Notes under the pieces: model-generated | Told to the model about the DNA's origin: nothing | The model's database searches: none | What the model saw: only the letters and a program-made list of their open reading frames with translations | NCBI GenBank assembly: GCA_042089915.1 | Contig: JBELJZ010000002.1 | Span: 13,883-77,882 of the forward strand | From: Crocinitomicaceae bacterium | GTDB taxonomy: Bacteria; Bacteroidota; Bacteroidia; Flavobacteriales_D; Sanyastnellaceae | Direction: 5' to 3' | Length of the DNA stretch: 64,000 bases | Part shown: positions 45,110 through 55,700 of the stretch, piece by piece | How the letters are laid out: every line of letters starts with the position of its first letter | How positions within the stretch are numbered: position 1 is the first letter of the stretch | Position numbers and translations under genes: made by a program

Positions 45110-48100
45110 ATGAGAGCCACCCTCTTTGCCCTGACCCTCGTTTCCCTCTCCTCACTGGGCTTTGCCCAGGACGCGTTGCCGGCTGACATCGAGGCGATTC
45201 ACACCAAATACGGCGGCTTCGAGTACGCTGTGATGCTGATGGACCGGGAAGAATGGGACACCTACCGGAACTGGGAAGGGTACGACCAGGAGGCGGTCAT
45301 CGCGGTCATTCGCCGCCACCAAGAGACGCCGGAATACCTGGAGCGCAAGGCGCGCCGCAAGCAGGACCGCATCATGCGGTCGGCCAGCTGCGATTGCTGG
45401 ATTGAACCGGACGAAAACTACACTGAGATCACACCGGAAATGCAGCAGTTTACTGCCGGTGCAGGCATTGACGTGGACTATGCCCATGGCCCGTTGTCCC
45501 TTCCGTTTACGTTCAACCTGTTCGGCATCGAATACAACGAGTTCTACATCAACTCGAAAGGCCTCATTTCCTTCACCGAACCGGTCATCGACTGGACTCC
45601 GGAGGAATTCCCCGACGCCAATTACAACATCATTGCCGGATACTGGAGCGACGCTGACTACCGCCTGACCGGTGACATCTACTACCGCATCACCCCCGAG
45701 GCGGTGTATGTGAACTGGGTGGATGCCGGCTATTACAACAACCACGATGAGCGCACTGTGAGCTTCCAAGTGGTCTTTTCAGAGGATGGCTCCATCGAGG
45801 TGGGCGGCGGAAGTAGCAACGTCCAGCTCTGCTATGAATCCATGCAGTGGGCCCACGGTGACGTGGGTGGACAAGGCGGTTGCTGCGGTCCCAACCCGGC
45901 CAACGTGGGTGTCGACGTCCAGAACAACCAGGACAACTTCGTCCAGTTCGGCCGATTCAACTTCCAAAACGACAGCTACAATGGCCCGTATGGTGACGGC
46001 CCTACCGAACAGGACGGCTGCCAGTGGCTCAACGGCAAAGACTTTTGCATCAATGTCTCAGGAGTCGACCCCAACCAAGCCCCCATTCCCACGGAGACCC
46101 CTAACAATGGTTGTGGAGACACCTTGTTTGTCTGCCTCAACGACACCTTGGATCTGAACCTCGGCTTCATCGCCCCGGAAGAAGGACAGACGGTTACCAT
46201 TGAATTGACCGACCTCGACGCCGTGACCAACAACGGCACCTATGTCGATAACGGCATCACTTACCTCGATGCCTACCTCGCTGGAACCGCTGACAATGTG
46301 GGCGTCTACGACCTCACCATCACAGCCACGGATGATGGCGCGCCCGTCGGCGAAACCGTGCTCGAATTCGTCGTCGAAGTGATCGACGTAGAGTTGCCGG
46401 CACTGACAGTGGAAGGCGACTTCAGCATTTGCTCCGGACAGGAGACCACCATCACCTGCAACGACGACTTCGACAGCTACGCCTGGTCCTTCGGGTGCTC
46501 CGGACCTGAATGCACCTACGCTTTCGGCGGCACCTTCAACGTGACGGCCACCATCGACGAAGGCTGTTCCGTCTCGCAGGACTTCTTCATCTACCAGAGC
46601 CTGTACTTCCTCCCGGACGTCTGCATCGAACCCGATCCGATCTGCGGTGACGACACCGCCATCGTGTCGGTCTGTGACGACGCCATGGACACTTTCGTGG
46701 AATACCAATGGGACGACGACTGGAACGGTGCCGGCGGTGAGATTGTCATTCCGCAAACCGAACTTGGGGACACGGCCATCGGTGCCACACCAGGCTCCTA
46801 CCGGATCCTCGTGACCAACGACGACGGATGTCAGGGCCAGCGCGTGTTCAACATTGAGCAAGTCACCCAGGTCATTCCAGAAGTCACCATTCCCCCGGTC
46901 TGCGACAGCTTGTACACCGTCCAGTTCTCCGGAGGCTATACAACGCCCGATGCCGGTCCGCTTCTGATTTACATGTTTGCTTCCGACCCCTCGGGCTGGG
47001 GCGGCGACAACTTCCTCGAAGTCACCGTGACGGATGCGGATGGCAATGAAAGCACCTACATCTTATCCAGCTTTGATGTCTTCACGGCACACACCAACAT
47101 CGAGGTGTCACTCGGCGACTTGGTGGAAATGGTTTTGGTCACCGGCTCGAACGCCCCAGTGCAAGACTTCAGCTTCACCGTTTACAACTGCACCACCACC
47201 AATCCACAGCCGGTCGAAGATTTGCCAGCAGGCGGCGGCTTGATCTACTCCGCCACGGCCGACTGTGTGGTCGACCCCGTGGGTGGGTCGTGGAGCGTCA
47301 GCGAGGGCACGGGAGTCTTCTCAGACCCCACCGAGTTCAACACCTTCTTCACGCCGACCAGCGGCCTCGGCTATTACGAAGTGTGCTTCACCGACGACAA
47401 CTGTGGCTACAGTGCGTGCTATCCGATGGAAACGAGCACCATGCCGACCGGTGAATTCAACGGCCCCAACGACAACCTCATCGGAGACGACATCTACCTC
47501 CTGTGCGATGGAGAAAACGCCAATTTCTCCGTGGACACCACCTTCCAAGGCACGCTGGACGACGTCGAGTGGCCTCAAGCCAACACCTCCACCGAATTTT
47601 TCGCGGAGTACCAATTCGACGAGCCCGGCGAATACGATTTGGAGGTGACCCTCAGCAACCTCTGTGGAGCCATATCGTTCCCCTTCACCATCATCTCTTC
47701 CGAGCAAGGCGATCCTGAACTCGAGGATGTGATTGTCTGCGAGGCAGGCACCGAAGTCATTTTGGACGCCGGTCTAGATCCGTCGGAAGAGCTGGAGCTT
47801 CAGTGGTCCTTGGACGACACCAACATCAACGGGGAAACGGACTTCACACTGACGACAGATGAAGAAGGCGAATACTGCCTGGAGGCCACCAACGAGTGCG
47901 GCACGGCCGAAGCGTGTGCTGACGTGCTCATCTTCCAGCCGATTCCGAGCCCGCTTCCCGACTACAGTCTCGACTGTGAAGGCGGCAACACGGTCCTCAT
48001 CGACCCGTTGACCGACAACGATTGGACGGTCACCTGGGAAGACGGTTCCGTGGGGAACACCTTCACCGCTACCTACATCCCGCACCACGACAATTGGGTC

Positions 48101-48754
48101 TCCGCCACGTTTGAGGACCCGCTCGGTTGCAGTACGGTGGAAGACAGCACCTTCGTCTGGATGGGATACCCGGTCAACCTCGGCCCCTCCTCCCCCAATC
48201 TGCTGCCGTCCGAGACGCCGCTTTTCCTGTGTCCAGAGATTCCGAACACCTTCGAGCTCATCGCCAACAACGCCGTGGAGTGGAATTGGACCATCGAGCG
48301 GGTCGGACAGGGTGGCAGCGCCATTCAGATTCCAGGGCTCAACACGGACAACGTGACCTTCACGACAGCCATGTTCGACAACCTGCTCGATTCGGCCTAC
48401 TACAACAACCCGCTCATCCTGACCGGTACCGGCTACAACCCCTGTACGCCCGGTGGACTCGGTTTCCAGTGGCAAGTGGAGTGGTCCAACTGCGAAATTA
48501 CCATCCCGAACATCTTCACGCCGGGTACGGCCGAAGGATCCTTCGGTAAGAACGACAACTTCGAGATCAAGGGCTTGCTCAAATACGACGAACCCACCCT
48601 TGCGGTCTACGACCGCTGGGGCACCCAAGTCTTCTACTCGGAGAACTACGACAACCTGTGGAACGCAAGGGACGTGTCGTCCGGAACGCATTACTACATC
48701 CTGACGCTGCCCAACGGCCGCACCTTCACGGGATCGGTGATGATCCAGCGCTGA
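45110..48754 (+). CDS. Large secreted protein with NIDO-like domain, Cys-rich Ig-like modules and T9SS type-B (gliding-motility) C-terminal domain
   Basis: ATG at 45110 gives the signal peptide MRATLFALTLVSLSSLGFAQ. 1,214 aa. C-terminus NIFTPGTAEGSFGKNDNFEIKGL...VYDRWGTQVF...GTHYYILTL. The upstream 641 codons of the 1,855-aa track ORF are antisense to lepA. Confidence 0.85.
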   Translation: MRATLFALTLVSLSSLGFAQDALPADIEAIHTKYGGFEYAVMLMDREEWDTYRNWEGYDQEAVIAVIRRHQETPEYLERKARRKQDRIMRSASCDCWIEPDENYTEITPEMQQFTAGAGIDVDYAHGPLSLPFTFNLFGIEYNEFYINSKGLISFTEPVIDWTPEEFPDANYNIIAGYWSDADYRLTGDIYYRITPEAVYVNWVDAGYYNNHDERTVSFQVVFSEDGSIEVGGGSSNVQLCYESMQWAHGDVGGQGGCCGPNPANVGVDVQNNQDNFVQFGRFNFQNDSYNGPYGDGPTEQDGCQWLNGKDFCINVSGVDPNQAPIPTETPNNGCGDTLFVCLNDTLDLNLGFIAPEEGQTVTIELTDLDAVTNNGTYVDNGITYLDAYLAGTADNVGVYDLTITATDDGAPVGETVLEFVVEVIDVELPALTVEGDFSICSGQETTITCNDDFDSYAWSFGCSGPECTYAFGGTFNVTATIDEGCSVSQDFFIYQSLYFLPDVCIEPDPICGDDTAIVSVCDDAMDTFVEYQWDDDWNGAGGEIVIPQTELGDTAIGATPGSYRILVTNDDGCQGQRVFNIEQVTQVIPEVTIPPVCDSLYTVQFSGGYTTPDAGPLLIYMFASDPSGWGGDNFLEVTVTDADGNESTYILSSFDVFTAHTNIEVSLGDLVEMVLVTGSNAPVQDFSFTVYNCTTTNPQPVEDLPAGGGLIYSATADCVVDPVGGSWSVSEGTGVFSDPTEFNTFFTPTSGLGYYEVCFTDDNCGYSACYPMETSTMPTGEFNGPNDNLIGDDIYLLCDGENANFSVDTTFQGTLDDVEWPQANTSTEFFAEYQFDEPGEYDLEVTLSNLCGAISFPFTIISSEQGDPELEDVIVCEAGTEVILDAGLDPSEELELQWSLDDTNINGETDFTLTTDEEGEYCLEATNECGTAEACADVLIFQPIPSPLPDYSLDCEGGNTVLIDPLTDNDWTVTWEDGSVGNTFTATYIPHHDNWVSATFEDPLGCSTVEDSTFVWMGYPVNLGPSSPNLLPSETPLFLCPEIPNTFELIANNAVEWNWTIERVGQGGSAIQIPGLNTDNVTFTTAMFDNLLDSAYYNNPLILTGTGYNPCTPGGLGFQWQVEWSNCEITIPNIFTPGTAEGSFGKNDNFEIKGLLKYDEPTLAVYDRWGTQVFYSENYDNLWNARDVSSGTHYYILTLPNGRTFTGSVMIQR

Positions 48755-48761
48755 TCGGACC

Positions 48762-50114
48762 GTGGCCAAAGCGCGCACCCGCTTCGTCTGCAGCGACTGC
48801 GGCCATGTGACCGGGCAGTGGGTGGGCAAATGTCCCTCCTGCAAGGCCTGGAATACCGTCACCGAATTCAAGGAAAGCGCCAACCCGCGCATGGAGCGGG
48901 CTGCCGTGGCCGCGGGCATGGCCCAAGCGCGCCCCTTACGCGACTACAAAGAGCAGACCAGCGCCCGCGTGGGCACCGGAGAAGGGGAGTTCGACCGCGT
49001 CCTCGGAGGTGGCCTCGTCCCGGGCGCCCTGGTCTTGCTGGGCGGGGAGCCCGGAATCGGCAAGTCCACCTTGAGCCTGCAGACGGCCATGAAGGCCAAG
49101 GGCAAGGTGCTCTACGTTTCGGGGGAGGAAAGCCCCGAACAGGTGCGCCTTCGGGCCGACCGAATGGGTGTCCTCGGGCCCGACCTGCTCATCCTGCCCG
49201 AGACCTCCACGGAGGGCATCGTCAAAGCCGTCAAGGAACACGAGCCGAACCTCCTGTTCGTTGACTCCATCCAAACCCTGCACACACCGCGCGTGGAAAG
49301 CGCACCCGGCTCAGTGGCCCAGATTCGGGAGTCCACTGCAGAACTCATCCTGGCCGCCAAACCACTGCAGCTTCCGGTGGTCCTCATCGGCCACATCACC
49401 AAGGAAGGCGCCATTGCCGGACCAAAGGTGCTCGAGCACATGGTGGATGTTGTTCTGACGTTCGAAGGGGACCGGCACCACGCTTACCGCATCCTCCGCG
49501 CCGTCAAGAACCGGTTCGGCTCGACCCAGGAAATCGGCATCTTCGAAATGCGGGGCGACGGCCTGCACCCGGTGACCGACCCATCCGGCGCCCTGTTGGG
49601 CGATGGTGGCGCGCGGCTCAGCGGCACAGCTTTGGCGGTGGCCATTGAAGGCGCACGTCCCATCACGGTCGAAATACAAGCCCTGGTCAGCAGCGCGGTC
49701 TACGGCACACCGCAGCGGTCCGCCACCGGCTACAACCTCCGGCGCCTCAACATGCTCCTCGCTGTCCTGGAGAAGCGCTGCGGCTTCAAGCTCGGTGCCT
49801 CCGATGTCTTCCTGAACCTCGCCGGCGGCATCCGATTGGAAGACCCGGGCATCGACCTCGCTGTCGTCGGAGCCATCCTCAGCAGCACCCTCGATCTGAC
49901 CCTCGACCCCCGGACCGCCCTCTGCGGAGAAGTGGGACTCACCGGCGAAGTCCGGCCCGTCGCCCGGCTCGAACAGCGCATGGCTGAAGCGGCCAAAATG
50001 GGCATGAAGCGCCTCGTGGTCAGCGGCCTCGGTCAAAATGAGCCCAACCCGCCGAAGGGGCTGTCGCTGGTGCGCGTCACCCGGGTGGGTGAACTGCAGA
50101 AAGTGCTCTTCTGA
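48762..50114 (+). CDS. radA: DNA repair protein RadA/Sms
   Basis: GTG start (MAKARTRFVCSDCGH zinc finger). Walker A GGEPGIGKST, KNRFG motif, Lon-like C-terminal domain. Confidence 0.95.
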   Translation: MAKARTRFVCSDCGHVTGQWVGKCPSCKAWNTVTEFKESANPRMERAAVAAGMAQARPLRDYKEQTSARVGTGEGEFDRVLGGGLVPGALVLLGGEPGIGKSTLSLQTAMKAKGKVLYVSGEESPEQVRLRADRMGVLGPDLLILPETSTEGIVKAVKEHEPNLLFVDSIQTLHTPRVESAPGSVAQIRESTAELILAAKPLQLPVVLIGHITKEGAIAGPKVLEHMVDVVLTFEGDRHHAYRILRAVKNRFGSTQEIGIFEMRGDGLHPVTDPSGALLGDGGARLSGTALAVAIEGARPITVEIQALVSSAVYGTPQRSATGYNLRRLNMLLAVLEKRCGFKLGASDVFLNLAGGIRLEDPGIDLAVVGAILSSTLDLTLDPRTALCGEVGLTGEVRPVARLEQRMAEAAKMGMKRLVVSGLGQNEPNPPKGLSLVRVTRVGELQKVLF

Positions 50115-50121
50115 ATCTGGG

Positions 50122-50787
50122 TCAGTCGGCGCCGGCCACGACCACGACAAACTCCCCCTTGGGCGCATGGGCCTCGAAATGGGCCAGCAATTCCTGCACC
50201 GTTCCCCGACGGGTCTCCTCGAACTTCTTGGACAGCTCCCGACTCACACTGGCCTTCCGCTCCGGACCGCAGTGCTCCAACAATTCGCCCAGCAGCTTGA
50301 CCATGCGGTGGGGAGACTCGTACAACACCGTCGTCCGGGTCTCGGCTGCGATGCCCTTCAGCCGGGTCTGACGTCCCTTCTTGTGGGGAAGGAAACCCTC
50401 GTAGACGAAGCGTTCGCAAGGCAACCCGCTCACGACCAAGGCCGGTACAAATGCCGTGGCGCCGGGCAGACACGTCACGTCCACCCCCGCCTCCACACAG
50501 GCGCGGACCAGGAGGAATCCAGGATCGCTGATGCCCGGCGTTCCCGCATCGCTGCACAAGCATGCTTTGGCGCCCGCCGCGAGACTGGATACGACCTCCT
50601 CCAAGACCTTGTGCTCGTTGTGGGCGTGAAACGGCCTTAGGCGCGCCTCCACACCCTTCAACCGAAGCAAGGACCCCGTTGTCCGGGTGTCTTCTGCCAA
50701 GACGAAATCAGCCCCCTCAATGGCCTCGATGGCCCGCGGAGTGAAATCCCCGAGGTTGCCAATGGGAGTGGGGACAACGGTGAGCAT
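50122..50787 (-). CDS. rsmI: 16S rRNA (cytidine1402-2'-O)-methyltransferase
   Basis: ATG at 50787 (MLTVVPTPIGNLGDFTPRAIEAI). 221 aa. Tetrapyrrole-methylase fold motifs (AEDTRTT, SDAGTPGISDPG). Confidence 0.9.
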   Translation of the reverse strand: MLTVVPTPIGNLGDFTPRAIEAIEGADFVLAEDTRTTGSLLRLKGVEARLRPFHAHNEHKVLEEVVSSLAAGAKACLCSDAGTPGISDPGFLLVRACVEAGVDVTCLPGATAFVPALVVSGLPCERFVYEGFLPHKKGRQTRLKGIAAETRTTVLYESPHRMVKLLGELLEHCGPERKASVSRELSKKFEETRRGTVQELLAHFEAHAPKGEFVVVVAGAD

Positions 50788-51752
50788 CAGGCGTAGCGGC
50801 GTTGCACACGCTCCATGAAGCGCATGACGGTGGGGTCGTCCGCATCCCAGGTCTTGGACTCGGGCACGTGCTGGTGCAACCAATGGAGTGCCAACTCCGC
50901 ATCACCGGCGCTGTCCATGGCTTCGAGCACGCGGTCAAAAAGGACAGCGTCGTCTTGGAACAGGCCCTTGATGCACTCGTACTTCTCGACCAGGCTGAAC
51001 GCCGTGCGCAAATCTTGAATGGGCTGGCTCTCCATCTGCTCTGCAAGGCTCTTGATCTCCGCCTCTGCAAAAAGTGCGCCCTCCGCGGGTTCGGCTTCTG
51101 TCTCTTGAAGCTTCTCCGGCGCCTCCACAGCCTCGGGTTCTGACTGGGGTTCCGGGGCTGGGGCTGGTTCGGGCGCGACGTTCAAGGGCGCCTCCTCCTC
51201 GGCTTCCTGCACCGCTTTTTCCAAGCGTTCTTCCACAGGCTCCTCTGCTGCCGGCTCCAGCGTCTCTGCCATTTCGGCCTCCACGGGCTCTGGTTCCAGA
51301 GCGGGCGGTTCTGGAGTGTCTCCCTTCTCCCCTTCCATCATGGGCTCAGGGGCCACCTCCAACGGGGCGGGCTCCACAGGTGCTGCCATGGCATCGAACA
51401 AATCCGGTGTTCCCGCCCGAAGCCGCTCCTGAGCCGCTTGCTCGGCTTGTTCCCGGCTCACCTCTTCAATGGCATCGATCAACGAGGTCTGGTAGGCCGC
51501 TCCTATTCGGAATGGCCGGACGGGCTGGCGGTCGGCCGCGGCCTCATCCACCCCGCCATCCGGCGCCTTTTTCCTCACTTCATAAGCAAACTCGTGCGCC
51601 TTGAACCGCAACAAAACCAGGCGATCGCACAATTCCCGCGCATCATCGACCAACGGGGTCAATTCCTCGGGCTCCAATTCACCCGCACGCAATTTGACCA
51701 AGCCCGCCTGCAAATCGCCGACCAGATCTTCCAGATTCTTGAATGCCCCCAT
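50787..51752 (-). CDS. Hypothetical protein with structured termini and a central acidic Pro/Glu/Ala-rich low-complexity region
   Basis: 321 aa with an ATG start. The stop overlaps the rsmI ATG by 1 nt. I recognise no family. The coding call rests on ORF length, the G/C-rich third positions seen in the stretches I inspected, and tight coupling to rsmI. Confidence 0.6.
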   Translation of the reverse strand: MGAFKNLEDLVGDLQAGLVKLRAGELEPEELTPLVDDARELCDRLVLLRFKAHEFAYEVRKKAPDGGVDEAAADRQPVRPFRIGAAYQTSLIDAIEEVSREQAEQAAQERLRAGTPDLFDAMAAPVEPAPLEVAPEPMMEGEKGDTPEPPALEPEPVEAEMAETLEPAAEEPVEERLEKAVQEAEEEAPLNVAPEPAPAPEPQSEPEAVEAPEKLQETEAEPAEGALFAEAEIKSLAEQMESQPIQDLRTAFSLVEKYECIKGLFQDDAVLFDRVLEAMDSAGDAELALHWLHQHVPESKTWDADDPTVMRFMERVQRRYA

Positions 51753-51771
51753 ATTCGAACGGTTTCCAGTC

Positions 51772-51779
51772 CGAAGCTA
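51772..51779 (-). promoter_or_regulatory. Putative -7-like box TAGCTTCG upstream of acidic hypothetical protein
   Basis: Reverse complement of cgaagcta, 19 nt upstream of the ATG at 51752. Confidence 0.3.
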
Positions 51780-51820
51780 CCGGCCAACCGAACCGCCCCT
51801 GCAGGCGGCAACAAGCATCA

Positions 51821-52723
51821 TCAACGTGGAACGGTGAATGCCAAGACCACTTCGTGTCCGCCCCCCAGAACCCGCGCCAAAGCGCCCGTGGCCCAATTGC
51901 GGTTGTAACTGAAGCTCAACTCGTTGTTGAGGCGAATGCCCGCTCCGAGGTGCGCGGCTCCTGCGGAACGAACACCCACCATGCCCCAGAAATCCTGGTT
52001 CTTGTCCACGCGCAGGGATGCTGAGAGTTCGGGAGGCACCGGCCGCAAATGTTGCGCTTGGAGGATGGGGGTCCAGCCCAACCCGCCGGACTCGAACCGA
52101 TACGCCACCATGGCGCGCAAATGGGACTCCAGCCTCGACTCCACCCCGGTTCCATCGTAGACGGGCAGGTTGCCGCCCAGCACTTGGCCAGCCGAAAATG
52201 CTGCTGTGAGTTGCTTCCCTTGAATCCAGAGACCTGCGGAAGCGTCCGGCACTCCAATGGCGCGATAGGTATCGCCGATGGTCGGGTCTCCGGCCGTTTC
52301 CAATTCAATCCGGGTTCCGTCCACGGAAAATTGCATCCACCCGAGGCCCAGACCGAAACTGAGCTTCAAGTCGTCCGTCCAACGCGTGCTGTAAGCCAAG
52401 ACGGCATGGACGCCCGCCATGCGGGTGGGGCCGGCCACATCACTCCAGAAACGGGCACCCCAAGCCAAAGACTTCGAGCCCGTCGGTGAGGTCAACGCCA
52501 ATGCCGTGGTGCGCGGTGCAGAGGGGACACCTGTCCACGGACTGCGTTGCCAAATGCTCACGCGAATGGCGGAATCTGCAGCGGCTGCCGGATGGGCGTC
52601 AAAGGCATGGTCCAGTGGCAAAGAGGTCACCGGCAATTGCTGGGCGGAGACCATGGCCGCCATCGAGACCCACACCACGGCCAAGGTGGCCCTCACATTG
52701 AAAAAGCGGGGTCCTCTCATCAT
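51821..52723 (-). CDS. PorP/SprF-family type IX secretion system membrane protein (paralogue 2)
   Basis: ATG at 52723 (MMRGPRFFNVRATLAVVWVSMAAMVSAQQLP) overlaps the upstream stop as ATGA. 300 aa. Beta-barrel-like alternating pattern, with SFGLGLGWMQFSVDG typical of the family. Confidence 0.8.
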   Translation of the reverse strand: MMRGPRFFNVRATLAVVWVSMAAMVSAQQLPVTSLPLDHAFDAHPAAAADSAIRVSIWQRSPWTGVPSAPRTTALALTSPTGSKSLAWGARFWSDVAGPTRMAGVHAVLAYSTRWTDDLKLSFGLGLGWMQFSVDGTRIELETAGDPTIGDTYRAIGVPDASAGLWIQGKQLTAAFSAGQVLGGNLPVYDGTGVESRLESHLRAMVAYRFESGGLGWTPILQAQHLRPVPPELSASLRVDKNQDFWGMVGVRSAGAAHLGAGIRLNNELSFSYNRNWATGALARVLGGGHEVVLAFTVPR

Positions 52724-55700
52724 CGCATCAAGGTGATGGGGCCCGTCCACTCGGCCTGCAAAGCCGGTTCCGAGACCCGGATGAAGTAATAGTATGTGCC
52801 CACGGGCAATGGAATTCCATTCAGCGTGCCGTCCCACGGCGCTTCCGTGGCATCCTGGGTGAAGAGGATGTCGCCCCACCGGTTGAATACGGTGATTTCC
52901 GCGCTGGGATACTGGCCAAGCCCGCCCAGGTTCCAGCGGTCGTTGATCCCATCGTCATTGGGTGTGAACCCCGACGGAATGTCCAGCTCGAGCAACACCT
53001 CGACCGTCATGGTGTCGGTGGCCGAGCAGCCCTCCACCGTGGTCGCGGTGAGGACGAAGTCCGTGGTCTGAAACAGTGGCTGGGTGATGGTGGCCGGCGC
53101 GCCCGCGTCCTCCAATTCCTCCGCTGGAGACCAGCTGTAGCTCCACGCTGGGTTTCCAAAGGCGCCAATGCCGGTGACACCTCCCTCCGGCACAATCTCG
53201 TCCGCACCCGCGTCCAGCGTGGGGAGCGACAAGCCCACCACCTCGACCGAATCCGTTCGAAAACAGCCCAACCGGGCCGCCGAGAAAACCCAGACCGACA
53301 GTCCGGTGTCCACCGCGTTGACGGCCGCGGTCAATCCCGCTCCGCCCAAGGTGTCGACAATGGCCCAGGTCGTGGTCGACGCACCCGTGGCTTCTGCTTC
53401 CAAGGTCAAGGGCGTGCCGGAGCACAACACCGTATCGGATGGCACACTCAGCATGACGTCGCCTTCTGCCACGAGCGGGATGGATTCGATGTCACCGGTG
53501 CACCCGGCCGAATCGGTCACGACCACAGCGTAGGTGCCTTCTCCCAAGCCGGAAATGCCCGCACCGGATTCGAATTCCTCACCGTCCAAGGTCCACGCCA
53601 CAGTCCAATTCAAAGGGTCTCCTGAACCGCCTGTGGCGTTCACCGCCAAGGCACCATCGGCATCTCCCACGCAACTGGGCCTGTCCAAGCTGTCCAACGT
53701 CACCACTACGGGGTCCGGTGCACCCACGGCGACGAGCAAAGCGGAAGGACATCCCGCTGAATCCAATGCTGTGATCTCGTAGATGCCGGCCGCCAAGTTG
53801 GGAATGGTATCTCCTGCCGGCGTCGCGCCAAAGGGCCCGACAAACGTGAAGTCCACGGAACCCGTGGCGTCCATCGGCAAGAGGACGATCTGCCCGTCCT
53901 CGCTGTTCGAGCAGGACGCGCTGTCAACCACTGCCGACAAAGTGAAGGCGCTGGCCGGGTCCACCACCACGGTGTCGGCGGTCGTGCACCCTGCGGAGTC
54001 CGTCAGCGTCGCGGGATAGCTGCCGGGCAGCAGGAACGGGATGAACAAGCTGTCTTCCGCCCCCTCCACCACAATGTCATAAGGAGGCAAACCGCCAGAG
54101 GACAGCAACGTCGCTTCTCCTGCCAGGGCGCCGCCACAGCTCGGCTGGATCACATTCGAAGTCAGCATCAACCCCGAGGACAACGGAGCCAACGATACCG
54201 TGGTGTCAATCGCACAACCCCCATCGTCATTGGCCATGAACGTGTATTCTCCTGCAGGAACAGGGCCTGTGAAGAGGAAGTCACCGCCCAATGTGTCGCC
54301 GTCCACGGTCACGCCGGTCCACGTCGTCTGAATCAACCCCGACCCACCGCTGGTGATGCCCACCACGGAACCGCTGTCCCCTTCACAGGTGGGCGGCGTC
54401 ACCGTACCGATCCACTCGAGCGCGTTGGCCAAGGTCACGTCCACATTGCCCATCGTGCTGCACGCCCCGCCAAAGGAGACAGACCAACCGTAATTGCCTT
54501 CGGCGAGGTCCAACCAACTCCAAGTCGAGCCGGTGTCTGACATGGCGGTCACATCCGCCGGCAAGCCACCGAGCAAAACCTCCACGTCCGACGCCGTGCC
54601 TGCCACGAACAACTCCACCACAGAACTGGGTACCCCGCCTTCGCAAGTGCCCGACAAGACCGTGTCCAAGACCACGGGTCCCAGTCCAACCTCCACGGTC
54701 ACGGTGCCCGAGGCGTCACACCCTGCTGTGTCGGTGACCGTCCACGCGTAATCGCCTGCCGTCAAATTGCTCCAGAGCGAATCCTGTGGTCCGTTGGCCC
54801 ATTCGACGAGCAAGGTCCCCGAGCCTCCGGAAGCCGAGACCTCAGCTTGGCCATCTGCTGTGCCTGGACAGCTTTCCGACACGGCGGTGACCACGGCGGT
54901 GATTCCAGCAGGGTCGGTCAACACCACCGTGCTGTCGGCGGTGCAACCTCTGCCATCCACCACACCCGCGACATAGGTGCCTGGAGCGAGGTTGTCCAGC
55001 GGCGCTTCGATGGTGCCAGACGGGCCCTGCGCCCCGAAAGTCAGCGGCTCCGTGCCGCCCATGGCGGCGAACTCGATGGCCCCATCCGCTGCCCCTTGAC
55101 AGGAAATCGGGGCCACCGTGGCCGTGGCCATGACCGGGTCCACGGCAGCGAGCTCAATGGTGGTGTCCCGCACACATCCTGCTGCGTCCGTCACGTTGAG
55201 CACATATTCTCCTGCAGACAGGCCGACGGTGTCCGGAGAAGCCCAGGACACGCCTCCATCTAACGACATCCCGGAATAGGCAATGGGTTCGACGCCCCCT
55301 GTCAATGCGATGCTGATGGCGCCCGGAGACACCGCACAAGCGAAGTCCACGGCCTCGACCATCCAGTCGAACAAGTCCACCCCGTCCACGGTCACATTGG
55401 CCGATGCGGTGCAAGTGCCGTCATCTGCCGTCACCGTGTAGTCGCCCGCCGGCAGCCCGGCCCATTCGGCCGACTGGCCATCCGATCCTGCCGATGTCGC
55501 GTCCGGGGTCAAAGCCCAATTGACGGCGCCCGCGCCGCCGGTCACCGATGCAGTGACAGCTCCGAGACCACCGCATCCGGCGGGCAACCCTTCTGCCTCC
55601 AATGACAAGGCCGGGTCCAATGTGAATGCCGTGTCCAACATGCAGCCTCGGGCGTCTTCCACGGAGAATCCATAGGTCCCGGGTGACAGGGCTGACCACA

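Noticed and set aside
51080-51420. Possible tandem DNA repeat or VNTR inside the acidic protein gene.
   Set aside because: The nucleotide sequence is compositionally biased (GAx/CCx/GCx codons), but I found no exact repeating unit. It is better described as a low-complexity coding region.
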